Virus record (IMG/VR): IMGVR_UViG_3300035520_001173 | Coordinates: 20,061-84,060 of that record | Reading direction: 5' to 3' (one strand) | Source of the DNA: a virus | Taxonomy: Duplodnaviria > Caudoviricetes | Length of the DNA: 64,000 nucleotides | Shown here: piece by piece, positions 8,876-18,342 of the stretch | How positions within the stretch are numbered: the stretch's first letter is position 1 | Layout: every line of letters begins with the position of its first letter | Made by a program: the position numbers and the translations under genes | The notes under the pieces: model-generated | Told to the model about the DNA's origin: nothing | Database searches by the model: none | The model's input: the letters and a program-made list of their open reading frames with translations, nothing else

Positions 8876-10729
8876 TTATTTAAAAAGCCACATATTAGCT
8901 TTATACGCAGTGGCATTAACGTTTTGTTTTTTATCCATATACAACATTAATGGGAAGCTCTTTCCTTGTGAATTATCAGTTCTTATTGGGTTGTCAACTT
9001 TTACAATACGATTGTTGATATTAATCATAGATTGTAAAATAACCTTGTCTTTTTCTTTAACTTTCATCTGTCTGTTAATAGAAAATTCCATTACAAATAA
9101 TCCCATAGCAAGGCAGGTCAAAGTGTCATCATGGCAACCATCTTTGTGGTCTATACGCCCATTCTTAAAAATCCATGTTGACAATTCATTGATAACCCTT
9201 GAACTTCTAATTTTGAATTGATTTGTCTTAACTAAGTTTGCAAAATTAGACAACATTTGAAAACGGACAGAACTACTATGAAAACCTGGCAAGCCGTCTT
9301 TTGTAACCTTAATAGGCGATGCCTCATTCTGAGCTGTGTAGGTTTTTAGCGTTGGGTCATCATAGTACAAATTGTCATATTTCAGGTTGAGTAAAGTGAG
9401 AAGTGTAGCGCTACCATAGCCACCGATATCCTCGACAATGATATAAGCTTCATTATAAATCATACCGTAATTATAAGCGATTTCGCCAACAGCGTCACCT
9501 GTAAGTTTTCCGTTATATTCGGCTACTTGTTCAATAACAGGCATTCCATTTTCATCTACACCGTCAATATCAATAATTTCAAGTGCCGTGGCATCGTCTG
9601 AACCGCCAGTGGAGTTGTCAATAGACATTAGATATCTATGTCCTTCAATGGGTAGTTTCCATATCCATAATTCATCCAAAACGTTATCTTTGTATTCTGG
9701 ATTTGGTTCTCTAACATTGAGGGTTCTTTGCATTTCAATAAATTCAGGGGCAACTACAGTAGAATCAGAACCAAGAAATGATACGTCGAGCTCTTGTGCT
9801 ATCTTTTGAGAATTGTTGTTAAATTTCTCACACATCCCAACATACCAAGGAGAACGAGGTTTATAGCCCTTTGAAAGCATATCATTCCAATGCTCATCGT
9901 TCCACTCGATATTACCTTTATCGTCTAAGGTTTGTTCCTTTACGATATCGTATTCGCCTGTTTCATCATTCTTTTTAGTCCATTCCAAGAATTTGTTATA
10001 ACGTGGGTCTTGATACCATCGCATCTCAACACAAGTATAACCATTTTTATTCTCTAATGCTTGACGATAAGTTTCGTAATACAATTGGTCTTTACCATTA
10101 GGAGTAGAAATCATTACAATGTGGCCACCTGTTGAAACGGTAGCTACGGCTGACGAATAAACGTCTTTGCCATTCTCAATGAATGCAGCCTCATCGAATA
10201 TGAGCCAAGAAACACCACCAACACCACGAGAAGCATCAGGGCCTGAAGAACGGGCTACAATTCTACAACCATTAGTCAAAACTAATTCTTTTGTATTACA
10301 AATTTTGTATATGGACTTTTTATTCTTATCTGATTTTTCATCTTCAGACCAATAATCTGTTCCGAAAAACCATCTTGGAAATTGATTGATAAAGTCACGA
10401 ATTTTTGTGACCATTTGTTGTGCAAGGTCAAGAGTGTTGCCAATAACGAGAATAGTAAGAGGGGATTCGGGGTCTGCAAGAACACATTCGCAGGCCATAA
10501 ATGCACCTGTTGTAGTTGTAATACCACTCTGACGTGGTTTAAGAGTAATAATGTTACTGCCAATACTCAATGTTTGACAAAGTGCTTGTTGCCTTGGAAA
10601 TAAATTATATCGGACTTCTCGTTTTTGAGTTGCGTCATAAGTTTTCAGATAATTTGAAATCATGTAGATTCTTGTTTTATCTGAAAGACATTTAACATAT
10701 TCTTCTGATATATGATTAATATCTACCAT
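8876..10729 (-). CDS. terL: terminase large subunit (T4 gp17-like)
   Basis: KPRQSGITT Walker A, LIFDEAAF Walker B, MISTPNG coupling motif, nuclease SIDNSTG and HDDTL. Confidence 0.95.
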   Translation of the reverse strand: MVDINHISEEYVKCLSDKTRIYMISNYLKTYDATQKREVRYNLFPRQQALCQTLSIGSNIITLKPRQSGITTTTGAFMACECVLADPESPLTILVIGNTLDLAQQMVTKIRDFINQFPRWFFGTDYWSEDEKSDKNKKSIYKICNTKELVLTNGCRIVARSSGPDASRGVGGVSWLIFDEAAFIENGKDVYSSAVATVSTGGHIVMISTPNGKDQLYYETYRQALENKNGYTCVEMRWYQDPRYNKFLEWTKKNDETGEYDIVKEQTLDDKGNIEWNDEHWNDMLSKGYKPRSPWYVGMCEKFNNNSQKIAQELDVSFLGSDSTVVAPEFIEMQRTLNVREPNPEYKDNVLDELWIWKLPIEGHRYLMSIDNSTGGSDDATALEIIDIDGVDENGMPVIEQVAEYNGKLTGDAVGEIAYNYGMIYNEAYIIVEDIGGYGSATLLTLLNLKYDNLYYDDPTLKTYTAQNEASPIKVTKDGLPGFHSSSVRFQMLSNFANLVKTNQFKIRSSRVINELSTWIFKNGRIDHKDGCHDDTLTCLAMGLFVMEFSINRQMKVKEKDKVILQSMININNRIVKVDNPIRTDNSQGKSFPLMLYMDKKQNVNATAYKANMWLFK

Positions 10730-10754
10730 GTTAATCTATGAAGTTATCTATACT

Positions 10755-10761
10755 ATAAATA
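10755..10761 (-). promoter_or_regulatory. putative late promoter TATTTAT (terminase)
   Basis: 25 nt upstream of the start. Orientation is ambiguous because the locus is divergent. Confidence 0.5.
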
Positions 10762-10805
10762 GTCCCTAATTCTCTATTTAGCTTGATTAATTGACGATTA
10801 AGAGG

Positions 10806-10812
10806 TATTTAT
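10806..10812 (+). promoter_or_regulatory. putative late promoter TATTTAT
   Basis: 28 nt upstream of ATG 10841. Confidence 0.55.
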
Positions 10813-10840
10813 TAAAGAAGAAAGATTAATCTAAATAAAC

Positions 10841-12865
10841 ATGCTTAGAGAGATTAAAGAAGATTTAGCATCCATGTATTCCCTTATGGAGAGGATGGAT
10901 AAACATATGACATCATTCCAAGCCGAATTCAACAAAGACAATTATCTGAATGAAGCTTTATATGAGATAGATTCTAATGGACATTTACAACCTCGTGCCA
11001 ATATCGCTATGCAGGCCGACCAAAGTAAAATGCTTAGGCAAATTAAAATAACAATTGGCCCTCTTTATCCACAAGATATTACAAGTGTTGTTCAACGTTT
11101 TGCAAGAATGAAAGGTGATACTAATTGCCAAGCTGTTACTTTAAAGAGTGGCGGTAAAGGAGTGGCCCTTGTTAAATCAATTCCTTTCAATGGACGACGT
11201 GGTAAAAAATTACCTGAACCAACCGTAGATGACGCCACCGACACACAAGCTACTCCTGTAAATCAACCACAGCTGCAGGACCAACCTCAACAACAAACTG
11301 CGCAGCCTGATGTTTCGAGTAATGCAATGGCTGCTACGCCTAAAGTCACAGGTTCATTGAGTAGTAAACTGTTGAATAGATTGCGTAATCGCAATACAAA
11401 CAATGGAACTAATAACAATGGTAGTGTGCTAAACGAAATCTCTTTAGCACAAAGATTGGCTGCGAAAGTTCAACCTCAACAACAAGTACAAAACACTGCA
11501 CTGCAAGCTGCTCAAACACAAACCATTGATACCCAACAAAGTGCGGCTCCGTCTGATAGTTTAAAGGGTACGGATGCTTCTATCTATTCATGGCTTCAAG
11601 GCGGATATATGGATGCGGTAAATATTATCGCTAAAAATAGGTCTTACGACCAATCTGCAATCGCTGAATTAAAGAACATCAATAAAATATACAATAAGAT
11701 TTGCGGAGAGCCTACATCTGATGAAAAACTTTATGGCCAAATTAGCCAAGAAAATATCATAAATGAAATTGGCACTGCTATAAAAAATGGTGATTGGGCT
11801 AACAATATCCCTCAAATTGTTGCTAATATGGGTATTAATCCTGCCAATATAGAGTCAATTATTTATGGCAATATTCTTTCTCATAAGAACACTGCTATTA
11901 TCACTAATATTTGTGCGGATGCAGGCATTAAACCTGGTGACCCTAATTTCCCAACTTTGGTGTATGCCCCTGGTGTATGGTTAGAGAAGTTCAACCGTAG
12001 GATTGTGGACAATCCTAAGATGAGATATCCTATTTTTACCCCAAAGGCAATAAGTGGTAAGGGCACTTCTTTAGGTAAGGGTACAGCAGGCCACGTACAA
12101 GCATTTGCTACTAATACTAATGGCTTTCAACAAGTAATTGCATATGATATTTCAGACACAGAGCCTGCTGACCCCAATGATACTACTGACTACATCAACG
12201 GTATGCCAGGTATTTTGAATTCATTCACAGGTGAATTGAATAATGCTGCAATTCAAGATAAAGCTGAGCGTATGGCTTCTAAAGAAGCTAAATTAACCGA
12301 CGCACAAAAAGAACTTATTACAAAAGCGGGTACCGATGAAGGTAAGGCTGAAATTTTCAACGATGCATTAATGAGTTTTGTTTCGGCTAATAAAAAACTT
12401 GGTTCTCTCAAATTTGCAGACGTTGCCAATTCTCAAAACCCTGTAGCTGATTATGTTCAGAATGTTGTTACAATGGCTAATTTCTTCGTAACAGAATTAG
12501 GCTTTGCCAATCCCGAAATTATCAAGCCCATGGTTGCTGTATCTTCTTTTGCTATTTGCCACTACACTATTGGCGAATCGGCAGCTTTAGCTGTGTGCGG
12601 TTATAGCAATTACACTATTACACCTCAAAAATTGCATAAAGAATGGAAAGAAAACGTTAATAATGTGATTAAATTTATTGATAATGTTATTAACCAAATT
12701 CAAAGTTATCTTTCTGTAATCTGCACAGGTGAATCTTCAGAAGATAACACCCAAAATCAGAAAGTTATTGCCCCTGCTGTCGCCCCAAGTGCTCAACCTG
12801 TGAATGAATCCAAAAATAATATTTATTCAGAGATTGAAGCTCTGTTAGAAGAATTCATGAGATAA
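10841..12865 (+). CDS. hypothetical protein, probable head-internal protein, Q/N-rich linker
   Basis: 674 aa with YLNEA, VLNEI and PVNES motifs. Confidence 0.75.
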   Translation: MLREIKEDLASMYSLMERMDKHMTSFQAEFNKDNYLNEALYEIDSNGHLQPRANIAMQADQSKMLRQIKITIGPLYPQDITSVVQRFARMKGDTNCQAVTLKSGGKGVALVKSIPFNGRRGKKLPEPTVDDATDTQATPVNQPQLQDQPQQQTAQPDVSSNAMAATPKVTGSLSSKLLNRLRNRNTNNGTNNNGSVLNEISLAQRLAAKVQPQQQVQNTALQAAQTQTIDTQQSAAPSDSLKGTDASIYSWLQGGYMDAVNIIAKNRSYDQSAIAELKNINKIYNKICGEPTSDEKLYGQISQENIINEIGTAIKNGDWANNIPQIVANMGINPANIESIIYGNILSHKNTAIITNICADAGIKPGDPNFPTLVYAPGVWLEKFNRRIVDNPKMRYPIFTPKAISGKGTSLGKGTAGHVQAFATNTNGFQQVIAYDISDTEPADPNDTTDYINGMPGILNSFTGELNNAAIQDKAERMASKEAKLTDAQKELITKAGTDEGKAEIFNDALMSFVSANKKLGSLKFADVANSQNPVADYVQNVVTMANFFVTELGFANPEIIKPMVAVSSFAICHYTIGESAALAVCGYSNYTITPQKLHKEWKENVNNVIKFIDNVINQIQSYLSVICTGESSEDNTQNQKVIAPAVAPSAQPVNESKNNIYSEIEALLEEFMR

Positions 12866-12870
12866 GTTTT

Positions 12871-15207
12871 ATGCAAGATAAATTTTCATTCTTAAAACAA
12901 AAAATAAACGAATCTATTTCAGAATTATCAAGTGATTATGATAACTTTGATGATTACAAAAAAGGGGTTTCAAATTCTCAATGTTTTGTATATAGTCAAG
13001 TAGATTCTGAAAGTATTCCTAATATATGCCGAAATGGTACTGATGGAGCTAAGGAATTCGTTAACACAATGATAAGGGGTCGTGGTATATATACAGTTTT
13101 GACTCTTAAGGAAGCATTAAGCTATAATAGATGTGATGCGATTGTTAAATATGCTGTCAGAAAAGGTGCCTGCAATAATTTTTTAATATTCGATGGCGCT
13201 TTAAAAAAAGCTCTCAAAGATATGGGTGCATTAACAATTGATGAAACTTTTTCTCAAACTTGCCGTCGTTTATTCGACGACGGAATGTATAACTATTTAG
13301 ACAAGCATCTTCATGGTGGGTTTAAAGGCTATGATGAAAAAATAAACAGTTGTAAAGAACTCTGTAAAAGCGGCCATGAACATAGCCCAAGTGACAGTTT
13401 ACAAGCTTCATTTCTTTACCTGATAACACAAGGCGAAGACCGCATTGAGCTTAGAAAGGGAAAATCTTTTAGCTCTGAACGGCGTTTGGACATTTCCAAT
13501 GTAGATGGATGGGCATTCCATTACGGATATGGTAACACGTTGGTTTTTAGGACAACCGACTTAATAATGCCTATTAGCTATTGCCTTAACCCACGAAGTT
13601 CTAATCCAAAATGGGAATATTGTTTTAAGAACCCCGAAAGTTTTGACTATGCAAACAATAGAATAGATGCATTTAGACGGGCAAGGCTAAAATATCCTGA
13701 TACAAACTATACCGAAAAAACAGTTTGTGGCTTTTCGTTAGTAAAAAACGGCAATAAGTTTAATTTGATGAGTGCTCGTGATGGCTCATATTTTTCGCCT
13801 ATTGATTTTGATTCTTGTACAGTGTTTGACCCGATTGACAATGAGGCTGCATTTACAATAAAGTCAGAAGAGGACAATGTACTTATCAAGTTTATTATTA
13901 AATCAGAAAATTATGGCAAGCGTATTCAATTGTATTGCAGTTTTCCTGATGAAAGTGGTGAGTATTCAAGCTTTGATGAGATATCATATGATACCTTTTT
14001 AGAGGTAATGAATAGCGTTGAATCCGAACCAAGTGTAGTTAACGAGTCTGTTGAAGAAGTATATACTCACAAGGATTTTAATACATTCAAAAAAGGTCTA
14101 AATAACCCGAAAAATGTTATTTTATATCGTGCTTCAGAGCCACCAGTTGCTAAAAGTGAGTATGAAAACGGCCCTAACTATGAATATACTGGTACTGGTG
14201 GGGACGATAGTCTTTATTATGGTTTTGGAGTTTATACTGTTAGGAATCCGAGAAGCATACTTGGTGGAAAATACGGGTATGGAATTTGCAAATATATTCT
14301 AAAGGACGGATATAAAGATTTTATCATCTTTGATGATAGGGTAAGGGCGATACATGACCCAGGAGCTACTGTTTACGATGAGCTTGTTAGGTTGGTGCCT
14401 GAGAATATATTAAAAATTATTGATAAAAAACTTAAAACTGATACTCCATATGTGCGTAATGGCCCTACACGAAGGCAACTCGCAAAATATGGCGTTGAAG
14501 GATATAAGAATATCAGTATATCTCCGATGGGTGACATCTTTAATACAGCTAGTTTTGCCCGTGCCCTATACCTCACTCTCCAAGGCCGCAATTTGGGTGA
14601 TAGTCTGGCTAAACATGCATTCCAAGAAATCCTTATGACAAAAACAAAAATCAGAGGTTTCGTTTATAATGGAGGTGCTGATGGTGAATGCACATACGTC
14701 AGAGATTTTAACTCATTGATGCCTATTGCATATTCTATGGATGGTGGAAAGCATTGGATAAGTGAGGATGACAATGAAGAAAGATTTAACAAAATCAACC
14801 GAAAAGTTCATCCGTGGTATCAATATAGAGGCGAATATGAAAATATTAAGTTAAGAGATAAGCCTGTTGGCAATTTTTCATTGGTTAGTGGTAAACAAGG
14901 CTATAACTACAAAGATATTTGGTTTCATAGACCTTTATTACCTATAGACGTTGAAACCGCAACAAATTTTGACCCCCTATCGGATACTGCTACTTTCAAT
15001 TTCTGTGGTTTTGAATTTGAAATTAGCGTGGATGATGATATGAATGCAACTCTTTTCTTCCGTGATGATGATGGTAGTTTTAAAGAATGTTCTTATAATG
15101 ATTTAATGGAACTTATTGAAACGGCTAAGCAAGAGAATATAATTTCTAAAGACGTAAAGATATATCAAAATAATCTTCTTAACCCTAACAATGATAGAAA
15201 AAAATAA
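12871..15207 (+). CDS. tandemly duplicated protein with ADP-ribosyltransferase-like domains
   Basis: Two ~390-aa homologous halves. The second has LYRAS...GTGG...YYGFGVYT...KYG and GEC; each half ends in a beta-repeat-like region. Confidence 0.6.
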   Translation: MQDKFSFLKQKINESISELSSDYDNFDDYKKGVSNSQCFVYSQVDSESIPNICRNGTDGAKEFVNTMIRGRGIYTVLTLKEALSYNRCDAIVKYAVRKGACNNFLIFDGALKKALKDMGALTIDETFSQTCRRLFDDGMYNYLDKHLHGGFKGYDEKINSCKELCKSGHEHSPSDSLQASFLYLITQGEDRIELRKGKSFSSERRLDISNVDGWAFHYGYGNTLVFRTTDLIMPISYCLNPRSSNPKWEYCFKNPESFDYANNRIDAFRRARLKYPDTNYTEKTVCGFSLVKNGNKFNLMSARDGSYFSPIDFDSCTVFDPIDNEAAFTIKSEEDNVLIKFIIKSENYGKRIQLYCSFPDESGEYSSFDEISYDTFLEVMNSVESEPSVVNESVEEVYTHKDFNTFKKGLNNPKNVILYRASEPPVAKSEYENGPNYEYTGTGGDDSLYYGFGVYTVRNPRSILGGKYGYGICKYILKDGYKDFIIFDDRVRAIHDPGATVYDELVRLVPENILKIIDKKLKTDTPYVRNGPTRRQLAKYGVEGYKNISISPMGDIFNTASFARALYLTLQGRNLGDSLAKHAFQEILMTKTKIRGFVYNGGADGECTYVRDFNSLMPIAYSMDGGKHWISEDDNEERFNKINRKVHPWYQYRGEYENIKLRDKPVGNFSLVSGKQGYNYKDIWFHRPLLPIDVETATNFDPLSDTATFNFCGFEFEISVDDDMNATLFFRDDDGSFKECSYNDLMELIETAKQENIISKDVKIYQNNLLNPNNDRKK

Positions 15208-16109
15208 TGAGAAACATTTTATTGACTGAATCTCAGCTTATTCATATAATGTGTGAAGGGGTTCATGTAACGAGAAGCAAACAAACTTATGGAGATTTAA
15301 TTCTTGATTTAATACCTATAGAACAGCAACTTAATAGTGTTAACTTGTCTTTATTCCTTAACGCTCAATCTGTTAATGAACTGCAAGAGGTTGCTGAATA
15401 TATAGATACTTTAACAAGCAAAAAGAAACAACAAGCAATTAATGAATTTTTAACCACTGATTATTTCAAGGATAATGAGGCTGTTGCTTTTGCTGAATCA
15501 AGAATACGGAAAATTCCAATTAGAGGTGTGAACAAATATTCAAACGCCCTTTCTGATTTGGTAAAACCTGATATGGTTTCAAGAGAGAAAGAACGTGCTT
15601 CAAGACATGATGCAAATTTAAGCATGGGGGAAAAGATAATTAGGAATACATTGGCCACAAAAGACATTAATTTCAATAAAAAGTTTCCCATGCAAATGCC
15701 TGATGCATACAACTATTTTGATAAGTGGGAAGGTGGTGAATTACCGATTGACGCAACTCAGTATGGAAATATTGAGGAATTAAATACAGCTTTGCAACCT
15801 TATTTTGAGAAATCAAAAGGCTATCAAAAATACATGACAATCGTTAACCTATGTAAGAAATATAGCAAAGAGGGCACATCAGCGTCTGCTGTCAGATATG
15901 TTTATGATGGAGATTCTGTCTATTTCCCAGCTAAAACTAAAATTGAATTATCAACAACAAGGGCTAATACTGTAGGTAAATTTACAGTTATACCTAATGG
16001 GTTAAAAGAGGTACGAAGTGGTATAAGGACTCTTGGATTTGATTGCGGTGCATTGAATATTTCGGGTGAAGATAAATCTAATATGACTATTTATTTCAAA
16101 GTTTCGTAA
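15207..16109 (+). CDS. hypothetical protein with LTESQL leader
   Basis: 300 aa, MRNILLTESQLIHIMCE. Confidence 0.75.
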   Translation: MRNILLTESQLIHIMCEGVHVTRSKQTYGDLILDLIPIEQQLNSVNLSLFLNAQSVNELQEVAEYIDTLTSKKKQQAINEFLTTDYFKDNEAVAFAESRIRKIPIRGVNKYSNALSDLVKPDMVSREKERASRHDANLSMGEKIIRNTLATKDINFNKKFPMQMPDAYNYFDKWEGGELPIDATQYGNIEELNTALQPYFEKSKGYQKYMTIVNLCKKYSKEGTSASAVRYVYDGDSVYFPAKTKIELSTTRANTVGKFTVIPNGLKEVRSGIRTLGFDCGALNISGEDKSNMTIYFKVS

Positions 16110-16127
16110 TTTATAAAAAATACTAAT

Positions 16128-16165
16128 AAAAAAAAGGAAGTCTATTAAGATTTCCTTTTTATTTT
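16128..16165. terminator. bidirectional terminator
   Basis: AAAAAGGAAGTCT/AGATTTCCTTTTT stem between convergent genes. Confidence 0.7.
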
Positions 16166-16183
16166 ATTGAATTGCCTAATTAT

Positions 16184-16987
16184 TTAGTAGCCTGAAGTGT
16201 CTACATTTGAATATAAGATGAATTTACCATCGGGATTGAAGTGGACTGTTTGAAAGAAGCCCTTATCGGGAAAGAAGTTTCTATTTCCTCTTTTATCATT
16301 TTCAGCATCAAATACCATTAAGTCTTTTACCATTTCGGGGATATAATTCATATAACCATCCTTAATCATAATATGAAGTCCGCCACTTGGTGAAGTAAAT
16401 TCTCTTTCGATAATATCGGGGCCATAACTATTAATTATAGCTTTAGTTATACGCCATACTCGTTTATCTTTTGTGTCAATATCAAGCATACAACGTTTTC
16501 TATCGGGGAAATTAACTGGGTCATGTTTGGCTTGTCCTGCTAATATTTCGGCAGCATGTACTGCACGTGGGTCGTTAGGGTCTTTAGAACGCTTTTGATA
16601 AGTAGGAATAAAGGCGTTAATTGCTGACTCTGAACGTGGATTTGAAGTTATATAGGCTCTTGCATTATTATCATCGCAATATTGTACTATTTTTGGTTTC
16701 AAATTCATTAAATCTTGAGCAGTTTTTACCTTAAATGCTGTGCCTTTAGAATATTCTCCGAATTCACCGCCGCCATGGTAATTACCTGCTTTAGACATTC
16801 CTTTATTATCTTTATAACGTTTAATAACTTGGACAAAGAAGAATTGGTCTGGGTCTGTGCAATTCATTAATTTTGCCCATTCGTCAAAATAATCCACTTT
16901 ATTCCTAACTTCTTGAAGTAGCTGTTCTTTAAGAACCTCTCTAATAACAGAGCGGAGTTCGGATTCGTTTATTTTTAATCTTTTCAT
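16184..16987 (-). CDS. AEP/prim-pol-like protein with head-protein-type leader
   Basis: MLDIDTKD (DxD) and SPSGGLHI (GxH) motifs; leader MKRLKINESELRSVIREVLKE. Confidence 0.55.
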   Translation of the reverse strand: MKRLKINESELRSVIREVLKEQLLQEVRNKVDYFDEWAKLMNCTDPDQFFFVQVIKRYKDNKGMSKAGNYHGGGEFGEYSKGTAFKVKTAQDLMNLKPKIVQYCDDNNARAYITSNPRSESAINAFIPTYQKRSKDPNDPRAVHAAEILAGQAKHDPVNFPDRKRCMLDIDTKDKRVWRITKAIINSYGPDIIEREFTSPSGGLHIMIKDGYMNYIPEMVKDLMVFDAENDKRGNRNFFPDKGFFQTVHFNPDGKFILYSNVDTSGY

Positions 16988-17014
16988 TTTTTAAATTCAA
17001 AAAGTACTTTAATA

Positions 17015-17021
17015 ATAAATA
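17015..17021 (-). promoter_or_regulatory. putative late promoter TATTTAT
   Basis: 27 nt upstream of the start at 16987. Confidence 0.5.
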
Positions 17022-17052
17022 CTTTTTAATTGAACAATAGAGCTTTCTCCAG

Positions 17053-17059
17053 TATTTAT
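17053..17059 (+). promoter_or_regulatory. putative late promoter TATTTAT
   Basis: 21 nt upstream of the neck gene. Confidence 0.55.
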
Positions 17060-17080
17060 TATTAAACAAATTAGTTTGCA

Positions 17081-18199
17081 ATGACTGAAGAAATTAAAGA
17101 ACTTTTTAGGAAATGTAGGCTTGTATTAGGAGGTGACATAATGGAAGTCGAATTAACCGACGACCAATTATGTGCCATTTTGTCATTTGCAATCGAAGAT
17201 TATGCCGAAAAAGTTCAAAATTGGATTATAGAACAGAATTGGTCTAATTTATATGGCAAGAATTTATCAAATATAGATTTAGCATTTGCACTTTCAGTGA
17301 GAACCTTTGATATGTCGAAAGAATTTAGTTATTGGTTTTCAAAGGATGCAGGCTTGCAACATCGTGGTCCGTGGGAATTAAAAAAAGACTTTTTCAAGGT
17401 AGAAGACGGTAAACAAAATTATTTGATACCTGCTGGCCGTGAAATTAATAGGGTGCTTTATTGCAATCCGCCAACAACTCAAGCTGCTTTGTTCGCCAAT
17501 TATGGTGGTCTTGATACATTGGGGTTCGCAGGCGGTTATGGTTCCTTAGGCGGCGCATCTTACGGTGTTTGCGGTGGTTTCTATGTTGCACAGGCTATGG
17601 ATATTGCTTACATGGCAACTGACTTAGCCTATAAAAATAGATTGCTACGAGGTGATTTAACTTACAAAGTAACTGCAGGCCCTGAAGGAACAAGGATTAT
17701 TCATTTATACTCAACTCCTGGCTCAAAGCTGACATTTAATAGAACTGTAAACCAAATGGGTGGCTTAAGTCTTGTCGGTACTGAGGTGTGGTACACATAT
17801 TACAATACCACTGAAAGTGATGTAGACGAATGCCGTAGATTGAATCCTGATGTTATTCTTTCTCCTGACCAAATCCCATTGAATAAAATGGATTATTCAC
17901 TATTGAATGAACCTACTAAAACCATTGTTCGTAAGTTGTTTATCGCCAAAGCAAAGCAAACATTAGGGTTAGTAAGAGGTAAATTTAGCGGTGTTATTTC
18001 AATCCCTGAGGCAAGTGTCACAATGGATTATAATATGCTAATTGCACAGGGTAAAGAAGAATACGATGATGCAATGAAGTCATTAACAGACAGGCTTGAT
18101 AGAATGTCCCCTTGGAATGTTCTTAAAAATCAAGCCGAAATTGTTGATAATATGACGAAGATTATAGGCCAAAAGCCTTTACATATGATAGTGGTTTAG
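17081..18199 (+). CDS. neck / head-completion protein (T4 gp13-like)
   Basis: LGGDIMEVELTDDQL N-terminus and AKAKQTLGLVRGKF C-terminus typical of the gp13 family; lies next to the portal. Confidence 0.8.
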   Translation: MTEEIKELFRKCRLVLGGDIMEVELTDDQLCAILSFAIEDYAEKVQNWIIEQNWSNLYGKNLSNIDLAFALSVRTFDMSKEFSYWFSKDAGLQHRGPWELKKDFFKVEDGKQNYLIPAGREINRVLYCNPPTTQAALFANYGGLDTLGFAGGYGSLGGASYGVCGGFYVAQAMDIAYMATDLAYKNRLLRGDLTYKVTAGPEGTRIIHLYSTPGSKLTFNRTVNQMGGLSLVGTEVWYTYYNTTESDVDECRRLNPDVILSPDQIPLNKMDYSLLNEPTKTIVRKLFIAKAKQTLGLVRGKFSGVISIPEASVTMDYNMLIAQGKEEYDDAMKSLTDRLDRMSPWNVLKNQAEIVDNMTKIIGQKPLHMIVV

Positions 18200-18232
18200 T
18201 TTCCATAATTTTGAATTAGTTTTTGATTTGGT

Positions 18233-18266
18233 TGTAGGCTTCTCATAATGAGGGGCCTATTTTCTT
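18233..18266 (+). terminator. intrinsic terminator
   Basis: TAGGCTTCTCAT/ATGAGGGGCCTA stem followed by Ts. Confidence 0.6.
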
Positions 18267-18307
18267 GACTATTTAAAAACCATGAGGTAGGTTTTAGTAG
18301 CTACAAA

Positions 18308-18314
18308 TATTTAT
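18308..18314 (+). promoter_or_regulatory. putative late promoter TATTTAT
   Basis: 28 nt upstream of the portal ATG at a non-divergent locus. Confidence 0.6.
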
Positions 18315-18342
18315 AATAAAAGTTTGTTTGATTCCAAATTAA

